Positions 19,618 to 27,997 of a stretch of DNA of 64,000 nucleotides are shown here, in pieces; the stretch's first letter is position 1; each line of letters opens with the position of its first letter. Source of the stretch: Candidatus Coprovivens sp. Its GTDB lineage: Bacteria; Bacillota_I; Bacilli_A; RF39; UBA660. The notes under the pieces were generated by a model. That model was given only the letters and a program-made list of their open reading frames with translations. It ran no database searches and had not been told where the DNA came from. Position numbers and translations under genes: made by a program. Where the stretch lies: positions 80,813 to 144,812 of the forward strand of contig JBJFGS010000025.1 of NCBI GenBank assembly GCA_051892935.1, read 5' to 3'.

Positions 19618-19629
19618 TAAAAAAGACTA

Positions 19630-19845
19630 CTATTCAGTAGTCTTATCCTCATCATGTTCATCTTCATATAAATCTAAATAATCATTTATAGTTTCTTTAA
19701 TCTTATTAGCTTCCTCTTCATCCTTAGCATTAGATAGTAAAAAATCTAAATAAGTCGTTTTTTCACAAAAAGTTAAATCAGGATTAGTAAGAGTACTATC
19801 TTTCATAACTTCAGAAACATTTTCTAATTCTTCATTTTCATTCAT
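19630..19845 (-). CDS. small acidic protein (72 aa)
   Basis: MNENEELENVSEV...EDEHDEDKTTE. Overlaps the 3' end of tcdA by 8 nt. RBS GGAAGTGG. Confidence 0.4.
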   Translation of the reverse strand: MNENEELENVSEVMKDSTLTNPDLTFCEKTTYLDFLLSNAKDEEEANKIKETINDYLDLYEDEHDEDKTTE

Positions 19846-20533
19846 GATAACCACTTCCATTATTAATTATATCATTAAAAACATAACTTGCGATACAAAA
19901 ACCAGCAGCATTAGGCACAAAACTTACAGAACCAGGAGTTCTAGACTGAATCTTCCTAGGTAATTCTTGAGAACACAAAACAGGTAATTTATACTTAATG
20001 CCATTATCTCTCATCATCTTACGAATAACTTTAGCAACAGGATCATTCTGCGTTTTCCATATATTAGTAATCTCTAATTTAGTAGGATCAACTCTATTAC
20101 CAGTACCCATACTACTAATAATTCTTATATTATATTGTAAAGCTTTCTTTATTAATAATAACTTTGTTGACATAGTATCACAACAATCAATAATATAATC
20201 AAACTTAGAATAATCTAAAACGTCAATATTAGCTTCATTTAAAAACATTTCATAAGAATCAACACTTATATCATGATTAATCAATTTAGCTCTTAAAGAA
20301 GCTTCATTTACTTTAGAACAACCTATATTATTAATATTACACAATAATTGTCTATTTAAATTAGATTTACTAAATACATCACCATCTACTATAGTTAATC
20401 TCTTAATCCCCATTCTAACTAAAGCTTCAAAACAAGCCCCACCTACTCCACCAACACCAACAATTAAAATATTACTATTACAAAAAGCATTCAGCTCATC
20501 ATCACTAAAAAGTAATTTACAACGTTCCAACAT
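19838..20533 (-). CDS. tcdA: ThiF/MoeB-family E1-like enzyme, probably TcdA (tRNA cyclic-t6A dehydratase, YrvM homolog)
   Basis: VGVGGVGG nucleotide-binding motif. Size (about 231 aa) and the position next to aspS / 6S match B. subtilis yrvM. ATG at 20533 (the track starts at a TTG at 20545). Confidence 0.7.
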   Translation of the reverse strand: MLERCKLLFSDDELNAFCNSNILIVGVGGVGGACFEALVRMGIKRLTIVDGDVFSKSNLNRQLLCNINNIGCSKVNEASLRAKLINHDISVDSYEMFLNEANIDVLDYSKFDYIIDCCDTMSTKLLLIKKALQYNIRIISSMGTGNRVDPTKLEITNIWKTQNDPVAKVIRKMMRDNGIKYKLPVLCSQELPRKIQSRTPGSVSFVPNAAGFCIASYVFNDIINNGSGYHE

Positions 20534-20570
20534 AAAATCACCCAATAAAGTATATCATATTTTAAAACAC

Positions 20571-20746
20571 AAAAAAACTCAAGGGATACCTACCTGTGAT
20601 AAAAAACCTGCACTAAACAGGTGGGCATCACATGAACTGCTTTAGGATCCCTACACTTAAAAAGCAAGGTCTTCAACACCACAGTCAATTAGATTCCCAA
20701 TAAATCACTTACTCGGTTTTTATGAAAAGTAAGCACTTACCTTGAG
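20571..20746 (-). ncRNA. structured small RNA, best guess 6S RNA (SsrS)
   Basis: A GC-enriched island of about 176 nt in an AT-rich intergenic region. On the minus strand the 5' CUCAAGG pairs with the 3' CCUUGAG, and a U7 run follows. An extended -10 (TGtTATACT, plus 20754-20762) sits 7 nt upstream of the first nucleotide. The position upstream of tcdA(yrvM) and downstream of aspS matches the B. subtilis bsrA (6S-1) locus. Confidence 0.45.
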
Positions 20747-20806
20747 TAATTAAAGTATAACATAAAAAAAGGAATAATACTAGTACTATTCACTTCCTTT
20801 ACACAT

Positions 20807-22813
20807 TTACCCAACAGGTGGAATAAAATTAGGTTTAATTGTTCCATTATTACTAACTTGACCATTTGAAGAAACATTCGGCATCATCATATCTGGTTTA
20901 GAATTATCATAAAAATTAGTAATAACTTGAGATTGAACTTCGTTAGTAGGCTGAGAAACAACATTACCTGTATCATTAGCAGATTTTGCATTTACCTGAG
21001 AAACAGCTACACCTCCACCACTCTGTTGATTACCAGAATTATTAGAATTAGCAGCCGTTCCATGAACTTTCCAACAATTATTAACATCACATGAATTAGA
21101 ATTAGGTGCAGGGTTAGGCATTTCCATTTTTATAACCATTGGTAGCTTAAATGCTCCACCAAATCCAACACAATTACCTGGCTGTAAAATTTTCTGCTTT
21201 TCAATAACATCAGCAGAAATATTAGGTAACATCGTTCTAATATATTCAATATCCTTAGGATGTGTCATTTTAAATATTAAGAAATTACTACATTGAGCAA
21301 TAACTGTTTCTGATATTTCTACAGGTCTTTGCGAAATTATATTAAGTAAAACTCCATACTTACGACCTTCTTTAGCAATTCTATCAAATATATTATATCC
21401 AATTAAGAAAACATCTGCATCCTTTTGAACATATCTATGAGCTTCTTCCAAAAACAAATGAAACGGAATTTGTGCTCTTTGTTTTCTAGTCTTACAAAAA
21501 TCAAAGAATATTCTAGCAATAATTTTAACAATAATCTTCGCTTGAGTATCATCAATATCTTCCAAATTAATATTAATAACTTGTGCTTTCTTATTACCAA
21601 CAGCAACTAACGAAGCAATATATGTTTCATAAGAAATATAAGTATCACATTTATATATATTAGCAATTTTACTATTTATCAAAGAATTTAATCTAACTTT
21701 TAATAACATAGAATCATCATATAATTGTTCATTACTTTGGAAACCTTCACTTATTAAAGTAAACTCTAAAGCCGCAGCAAAATCTCTCATTGAATAAAAA
21801 GCATTAACTGGTTCTTCAGTCATTTCCAAATCTTCATCAATATGTTTTAAAATATAATCAGTAATTAAAACAGATTCTCCAAAATTACCATTACTATCTA
21901 TTTCAAAACACTCAGATAACGTTCTAGTATAACCCAATCCTTGAATAACACTATCAAAATTAAAATCGTTAGTATGGCATACTTCTAATACCTTAAATAT
22001 TTCATTTTTCTTATTAGCAGTAATTTGATTACTATATAAAATAGCAATTAATGCTTTCGCTATTAAATGATCTTTATATCTATTAGCTACTTCATCATCT
22101 TTACTAAATATTCTAGTTAACTTTAAAGACCTTTCTATGATAGGAATTTGACTATGTTTATCTGCTTGTAACATAATAGTTAAATCATCCATGTTTAATA
22201 AATGAAAAGGAATCTTTAATTCGTAATCAGATTCTTCTTGAATATTAGTTGTAATAAATTTATAACTATAATTAGGATTAATCTTACCTAAATCTCTAAA
22301 AGCAGTCTTATATTCACCATAAGCATCAAAAATGAAAATATTAGCATTATAAGAAACTAAATTAGGATTAGAAAAGATATTTTGAACTAATCTTGCAACC
22401 CCACATGACTTACCTGAACCAGTATTTCCAAATACTGCCATATGATTAGCAAATAGATTATTAATATCAGCAAAAACATCATAATCAGTATAAATAGAGC
22501 TTCTTCCTAATTTAAATGTTGTCTCATCATAAACCCCAACAATAGCACTAAGTTCTTGATCATTAATAGTTCTTATTTTACTAGATAAAACAGGCTTTCT
22601 AATAACACCTGATACATATCTCCCATTCATAAATTCCCCAAGAAATCTTATTTTAATTATTTCATCAGTAACTTCTTCTACTTCACCCAAAATAGCTTGA
22701 TTTGGAGCTTCAAAAACTACATGGACATTCATTAAATCTCCCATTTCTTCAGCTTTAGCTATAGTAGTAACGTGAGCTACGTTTCCAGAAATAAATTTAA
22801 TATTACCAAACAT
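20807..22813 (-). CDS. HerA-like (DUF87) FtsK/HerA-superfamily ATPase with an Asn/Ser/Gln-rich low-complexity C-terminal tail
   Basis: Walker A GNTGSGKS, the FDAYGEY motif, Walker B LFLEEAHRY, C-terminal ISQRP box, N-terminal HAS-barrel-like region. ATG with an AAAGAGGTG RBS (the track starts at a TTG at 22840). Own TATAAT promoter. Confidence 0.8.
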   Translation of the reverse strand: MFGNIKFISGNVAHVTTIAKAEEMGDLMNVHVVFEAPNQAILGEVEEVTDEIIKIRFLGEFMNGRYVSGVIRKPVLSSKIRTINDQELSAIVGVYDETTFKLGRSSIYTDYDVFADINNLFANHMAVFGNTGSGKSCGVARLVQNIFSNPNLVSYNANIFIFDAYGEYKTAFRDLGKINPNYSYKFITTNIQEESDYELKIPFHLLNMDDLTIMLQADKHSQIPIIERSLKLTRIFSKDDEVANRYKDHLIAKALIAILYSNQITANKKNEIFKVLEVCHTNDFNFDSVIQGLGYTRTLSECFEIDSNGNFGESVLITDYILKHIDEDLEMTEEPVNAFYSMRDFAAALEFTLISEGFQSNEQLYDDSMLLKVRLNSLINSKIANIYKCDTYISYETYIASLVAVGNKKAQVININLEDIDDTQAKIIVKIIARIFFDFCKTRKQRAQIPFHLFLEEAHRYVQKDADVFLIGYNIFDRIAKEGRKYGVLLNIISQRPVEISETVIAQCSNFLIFKMTHPKDIEYIRTMLPNISADVIEKQKILQPGNCVGFGGAFKLPMVIKMEMPNPAPNSNSCDVNNCWKVHGTAANSNNSGNQQSGGGVAVSQVNAKSANDTGNVVSQPTNEVQSQVITNFYDNSKPDMMMPNVSSNGQVSNNGTIKPNFIPPVG

Positions 22814-22870
22814 AACCAACACCTCTTTTATTATATACAACTATATCTTAACACAAAACAAAAATAAATT

Positions 22871-22900
22871 AAATAAAAAAGAACTATTTTTCCTAGTTCT
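22871..22900 (-). terminator. rho-independent terminator
   Basis: AGAACTA-tttttcc-TAGTTCT overlapping the TAG stop of the 609 aa gene, with a U-run on the minus strand. The stem is identical to the terminator at 14664-14696. Confidence 0.5.
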
Positions 22901-24722
22901 TTAATTTAACTTTATCATTCTGTATAATAGAATTTCTAAATATAGAATTCCTTATTTTATTAATATATTGACCATATAAATCAGGATTGAATTCCTTAAT
23001 AACATTTACAGCTCTATCAAACCTCAAACTATTAATGCCACTAACATTTAAATAATGAGTTTTACTTATGTAATCACCATTTATAAACTCTCTTATTATA
23101 AAAGAATGATGTTTTAACATTAATTCATCAACATACTGACGTCTAATTAATATACTACACGCTAACTCATCATATAATTTCTTTTGAACTAATAACACAT
23201 CACTTTTCAAAGAAGGATACAAAATATTTAAAGAAGCACACATATATTTAAAATCATCTAAACTAAAATTCTCTTCCTGATACATTAGTAAAGAACCATT
23301 ATCAGAAATAACATTAATCATTTCCTTTATATGTATTAACCCATAAGAAGCAAAATATTGATTAAATACACCATCTAAATAGTTTTTCCATTCTTTTATA
23401 GAAATGTATTTATAACCAACCATTTTTCTAATAAATTCCAAATATGCTTTATGAATAATATCTCTATTATGAATATCTGCATATATATCTTTTTTCCATT
23501 CAAGTAAAATTAAATCAAAAGTATTCTTCTTTACTTCATCACTATCAAAGAATATATTTCTACCAAAATACTTTTTATCCCTAGAATAAAACCACTTAAC
23601 AACATCATAAAAAGTATCTTGATATTCTTCACTAACATTTAAATAAATAAAATAATTTATAGTTACAGAAATAGGTCTTTTCAACTCTTCAAGTAAATAA
23701 TCATAATTACTTAATACATACTCTTTCTTTCGATTATAATTATCAAAAGAAAGAGCAAATTCATTTACTTCTCCTTTCCATTCTTCTCCCTTTATACTTA
23801 AACTTTTAGATTTACCTAAATATTCACGAAAACAATCAAAATTACAAAAAGAATCTCTATCATTATTTAAAATAATATATAATAATTCCCTGTTCAATAA
23901 AGAATATTTAGAATAATAAAAAGAACTAAAATTACTGCCAACAGTACTATTATAAAACTCTATAAACTCATCTAAAGTAAAATATAAATGACTACTAGTA
24001 TATTCTTTATAAGTAAGTAAAACACTCTTTCTTAAAACATCTCTATCAAAACTATTATCAATAATTAACATTATATTTTTAAATAATAAAGATAAATTTG
24101 ATACATCAAATAATCTAATATTTTCATAATCCTTAATAAAGAAAGAAATATCATCGAAAGTAATACCAAGTAATCTAAAATTATTAAGTAAAAACTTAAT
24201 ATCATAACAGCACATAAAAGAAACAGCTTTTTTCTTTCTTAAAACATTCTCCTTCTCATTATAAATATCTAAAAAACAATTATATAAATCATATATAGTT
24301 AAACATTTATTTAAAGCACTATAAGAAATAATATCATCATTAATAACATTTTCTATTAAAGAAGAAGAAAAAAGCTTTAAAACGCCTTTAAATACATCAA
24401 TATTACTAGATTGTAATAAATAATAAATAATAATATTTCTAACATCAAAATCTAAACAAACTTCATCCATTTCATAAAGTATCAATTCTCTACTACAAGT
24501 AAAATCAAGTAATTCAAAATCATCCATAAAATGATCAGAATAACAAAGTAATAAATCATTAATATCATCACTAGAAAAACTATCTTTACTCAATATATTC
24601 CTAAGTAATACTACTTCATCACTCTCTCCATATAAAAAATAAAGATTACTAAAAGCTCTTTTCTTCAACAATATAATCTTTTTAAAAACATATTCACTTA
24701 AAAAAGACTTTATATCATTCAT
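22893..24722 (-). CDS. large alpha-helical protein of unknown function (paralog A, 609 aa)
   Basis: AGGAGGAG RBS. Shares collinear blocks with the upstream 749 aa protein (DDINDLLLCYSDH, GITFDDI, YLLEELKRPI, KYFGRNIF, KYISIKEWKNY). No catalytic motif recognised. Confidence 0.6.
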   Translation of the reverse strand: MNDIKSFLSEYVFKKIILLKKRAFSNLYFLYGESDEVVLLRNILSKDSFSSDDINDLLLCYSDHFMDDFELLDFTCSRELILYEMDEVCLDFDVRNIIIYYLLQSSNIDVFKGVLKLFSSSLIENVINDDIISYSALNKCLTIYDLYNCFLDIYNEKENVLRKKKAVSFMCCYDIKFLLNNFRLLGITFDDISFFIKDYENIRLFDVSNLSLLFKNIMLIIDNSFDRDVLRKSVLLTYKEYTSSHLYFTLDEFIEFYNSTVGSNFSSFYYSKYSLLNRELLYIILNNDRDSFCNFDCFREYLGKSKSLSIKGEEWKGEVNEFALSFDNYNRKKEYVLSNYDYLLEELKRPISVTINYFIYLNVSEEYQDTFYDVVKWFYSRDKKYFGRNIFFDSDEVKKNTFDLILLEWKKDIYADIHNRDIIHKAYLEFIRKMVGYKYISIKEWKNYLDGVFNQYFASYGLIHIKEMINVISDNGSLLMYQEENFSLDDFKYMCASLNILYPSLKSDVLLVQKKLYDELACSILIRRQYVDELMLKHHSFIIREFINGDYISKTHYLNVSGINSLRFDRAVNVIKEFNPDLYGQYINKIRNSIFRNSIIQNDKVKLKN

Positions 24723-24771
24723 ATATCTCCTCCTAAAGTCAAATTAATATAACAAAAAAGTATATTAAAGT

Positions 24772-24800
24772 AAATAAAAAGAATTAGAAAAATCTAATTC
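24772..24800 (-). terminator. rho-independent terminator
   Basis: GAATTAGA-aaaa-TCTAATTC next to the stop of the 749 aa gene, with a U-run on the minus strand. Confidence 0.5.
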
Positions 24801-24802
24801 TT

Positions 24803-27052
24803 TTACTTTTTACCAACATGTTTAACACCATCTAATTCATCTAAATATTCTTTAGTAATCTCTCCCTTTAAAACTTTATTCAAAGCTCCTTTATACAAAG
24901 AATAATAATTAGATAATCCTTTAATCCTTAAAAACCTTAAAGCAAGCTCTTTTTCTTCAAGACTAACTTCATGCATAATATCATCAATTTTAATAATAAG
25001 TCTTTCATTAAATATCTCTTGATTAGTAACTAGTCTACTAGATTTAACCATTTTTTCAAAACTTCTAAATTGTCTAATATTAATACTATTCAACTTTTTA
25101 GAATTAACTACTAAAACAGTAAATTTATCAAAAGGCAAATTAGTTAACAAACAATAATCTAAAAAAGTAAAAGGTCTAACTATACCATTATCATTTACAC
25201 CTTCAACTAAAGCTTTTAAAACATAATCAACCATTTTCATAAGTACAGCATATCTTTGAGATTTTAACATATCAAACTTATTAATAAACTGAATGTATAA
25301 ATTATAATCATTCTCCATAACATTATTCAAAATCTTATCAAATTGAGTTTCACTAAGTCCTTCTTCTTCCAAAAAAGCTTCTTTACTTTTGTAATCCTTA
25401 TTTAAAAATCTTTCTAAAAGGATAGAACACTTTCTTGCTTCTTCCATTTTTTTATCAAGGTTTCTCAAATCTAAAACTCTATTCTTATCATTTGTATATA
25501 CATCATATAAAATAACTAATTTATTTTCCAATTCAGGATGTTTACTCTTAAACGCATCAAAACAAAGATCGAAATCATCAACTAAACCAATTTCTTCAGC
25601 TTTTAAATATATATTATCCACTTGATTGACTAATGACAAAAGTATCATCATTCTATCATAACCAATTCTATAATAGTAATCCTTTTCCAATAGTTTCATT
25701 TGATTATTCCAAGAACTTTTAGAAATATATCTTTTACCTAAAAATTTACATACAATATCATAGTATTCTTTATATATAGCATTACGATTAACAAAATCTA
25801 AAGTAATCTTTTCTCTACAATTATCCAAAATATCTTTATAAGTATTTTGTTGTTCTTCGACACTAGATTTTAAAACATTTCTTCCGAAGTATTCATAATC
25901 ATTCTCACAAATCCAAGAAACTATTTCTTTAAAAAAAACAATATCTTCAACATTAACATTTAATAAAACAAAATAATCAAAAGTAAATCTAATAGGTTTC
26001 TTTAATTCTTCTAATAAATATGAATATTCTTTTAGAACTCTTTCTTTATTATGATAGTTTTTAACATCTAATTTACACCAATAATCGATAAATGATTTAT
26101 ACCTATTAGTATCGCTTAAAAAAGAACTATGTTTACTAAAAATATCGTATATACCAGAAGAGCCTTGAACCATAAATCTAAAACTAATGCTTTTCATTAT
26201 TGTATAAAACAAATCTACTGACAATAAAACAGGACCATCACTATTTATATAAAAAGAACTAAAATCATCTTTAAAAGTATCATTATAATAAGAAATAAAA
26301 TCTTCATCTAAGAAATTAATATGTAATTTAGAATACTTATCGTATTCACTAATTACTTTATTATATAATTTTTCATCACCCAAAGTTCTATGTTTAATAC
26401 TAAATTGATTATTAAGTATTCTCCGACATTCTTTTTCATTTAATGATATATTCTTTTGATCAGCCAAAGAAAAAAAGTCATCAATATCATCAAAAGTAAT
26501 ACCTATTTTTTTAAATTTATCTGAAAAGAAAGAGTAATCAATTAATCCCATTAAAGCAATAACTTTCATCTTTTTTTCTTCTATATTAGAAATATTACAT
26601 ATATCATTAACTAAAATATATAAGTCATATAAAGACTCACCAATATGCAAATCAACAACACTCTCAATAGAATCACTTCTTTTAAAGAAACAATCATAAG
26701 GAATACATTGTAAAACCCTTAAATTAAAGTCAAAATCCTTTATACTTAATAAATAATATAAAATTAAATTAGTAATATTAAAAGTAGTCCCAAATTGTTC
26801 AAAATCATAGTATAATTCCTTATTATTTAATACTAATTCCAATATTTCTTCATTACTTAATAAATGATCAGAATAACAAAGTAATAAATCATTAATATCA
26901 TCTAATGAATAAACACTCTTACCTATTATATCTTTATAAGTATTATAATCCTCATTACTATCAAAATAATAATATTTTTTCAAATCTTTCTGAGTAGCAA
27001 TTTTAGCACAAAAAGAAATACGCAAACGTTGTATGATTTCTTCAAAATCCAT
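24803..27052 (-). CDS. large alpha-helical protein of unknown function (paralog B, 749 aa, extra ~200 aa C-terminal region)
   Basis: Start moved to the ATG (MDFEEIIQ) 7 nt after AGGTGA (the track starts at a TTG at 27106). Paralogous to the 609 aa protein over about 450 aa. Confidence 0.6.
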   Translation of the reverse strand: MDFEEIIQRLRISFCAKIATQKDLKKYYYFDSNEDYNTYKDIIGKSVYSLDDINDLLLCYSDHLLSNEEILELVLNNKELYYDFEQFGTTFNITNLILYYLLSIKDFDFNLRVLQCIPYDCFFKRSDSIESVVDLHIGESLYDLYILVNDICNISNIEEKKMKVIALMGLIDYSFFSDKFKKIGITFDDIDDFFSLADQKNISLNEKECRRILNNQFSIKHRTLGDEKLYNKVISEYDKYSKLHINFLDEDFISYYNDTFKDDFSSFYINSDGPVLLSVDLFYTIMKSISFRFMVQGSSGIYDIFSKHSSFLSDTNRYKSFIDYWCKLDVKNYHNKERVLKEYSYLLEELKKPIRFTFDYFVLLNVNVEDIVFFKEIVSWICENDYEYFGRNVLKSSVEEQQNTYKDILDNCREKITLDFVNRNAIYKEYYDIVCKFLGKRYISKSSWNNQMKLLEKDYYYRIGYDRMMILLSLVNQVDNIYLKAEEIGLVDDFDLCFDAFKSKHPELENKLVILYDVYTNDKNRVLDLRNLDKKMEEARKCSILLERFLNKDYKSKEAFLEEEGLSETQFDKILNNVMENDYNLYIQFINKFDMLKSQRYAVLMKMVDYVLKALVEGVNDNGIVRPFTFLDYCLLTNLPFDKFTVLVVNSKKLNSINIRQFRSFEKMVKSSRLVTNQEIFNERLIIKIDDIMHEVSLEEKELALRFLRIKGLSNYYSLYKGALNKVLKGEITKEYLDELDGVKHVGKK

Positions 27053-27125
27053 AAAATCATCACCTATCATTGTATAAATGATAACATAACAAAACATTCC
27101 GTGCAAATTAAAAAAGATTTATATT

Positions 27126-27929
27126 TTAAATCTTTTTTAAATTTTTACTATTAATAAAATTTAAATGTTTCAAATAATGAAATTTACTTCTATAGATAAT
27201 GCCAGTATCAGAATCCTTAATAGCACCAAAATCATCAATATATTCATCATCACTCTTAGTTACTAAAGTAGGATCAAAAACTTTTATTTTTTCTTCTTGA
27301 ATATCTAATCCCCAATTTTCAAAAGTTATATTAGCAAGTTGTTGTTCCAAAGGAACATAATTAGGATTATCAACTATTTTATAGCACCCATTACTCATAT
27401 AAATAGATTCCATATCAACAATAGCATATTTACTTGGAACATCTTGCATAACAAATCTATCTGCTATACTAATAAGTTCACTTTGTGCAGAGAGCCCCTT
27501 ACCTTTTACAGATATATTAATACATCCTTCATGATAATGATAACAAGAATACTCTCTTTTAATTTGTTCAAGTATTTCTTTATTTTCATCAGATAAGCAA
27601 TCAATCTCTAATTCAATCCAAGCATCCTTATCTATACTATCACTACACATAAAAGTATAAATATTCTTACTCCATAATATTTGGCAAGCTGGAACACATT
27701 CTTCAATTATCCATCTACGAGGTTCTACCTCTACCATTTCTTGTGAAACTCGTGGAGCACCTTCATATTGTTTATTATTAGCAAGCTTTTTCCCACTAAT
27801 AACAGCTGCTGTATCATTTAATTTAGAAGATAACCTTCTATACAATATAGAAACCTTTAACTTAGCTTTATCAAGTATAGTTGCTTTTCTCCCTAATCTT
27901 TCATCTAATAACATTTCATCTAAATTCAT
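27126..27929 (-). CDS. hypothetical protein (267 aa) with a clustered Cys/His segment (CVPAC...CYHYHEGC)
   Basis: RBS AAGGGGA. Its composition is less Asn/Tyr-biased than its neighbours. First gene of the HerA module. Confidence 0.5.
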   Translation of the reverse strand: MNLDEMLLDERLGRKATILDKAKLKVSILYRRLSSKLNDTAAVISGKKLANNKQYEGAPRVSQEMVEVEPRRWIIEECVPACQILWSKNIYTFMCSDSIDKDAWIELEIDCLSDENKEILEQIKREYSCYHYHEGCINISVKGKGLSAQSELISIADRFVMQDVPSKYAIVDMESIYMSNGCYKIVDNPNYVPLEQQLANITFENWGLDIQEEKIKVFDPTLVTKSDDEYIDDFGAIKDSDTGIIYRSKFHYLKHLNFINSKNLKKI

Positions 27930-27965
27930 TTCAAAATCCCCTTACATCTATAATTATAACCCCAA

Positions 27966-27996
27966 AATAAAAAAACAGGCAAATTTACATCCTGTT
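27966..27996 (-). terminator. rho-independent terminator after gatB, overlapping the promoter of the HerA module
   Basis: AACAGG-caaatttacat-CCTGTT with a U-run. TTGCCT-18-TATAAT (-10 at 27953-27958) lies directly downstream on the minus strand. Confidence 0.55.
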
Positions 27997-27997
27997 T

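Noticed and set aside
20571-20746. Alternative identities for the structured RNA: SRP (4.5S) RNA, tmRNA, RNase P RNA, or a tcdA riboswitch
   Set aside because: I found no GNRA-capped domain IV motif (GGAAGCAG-like), no tRNA-like CCA end and no RNase P P4 consensus. Its size (~176 nt), its own extended -10 promoter and the conserved aspS-6S-yrvM synteny favour 6S. It is kept as tentative.
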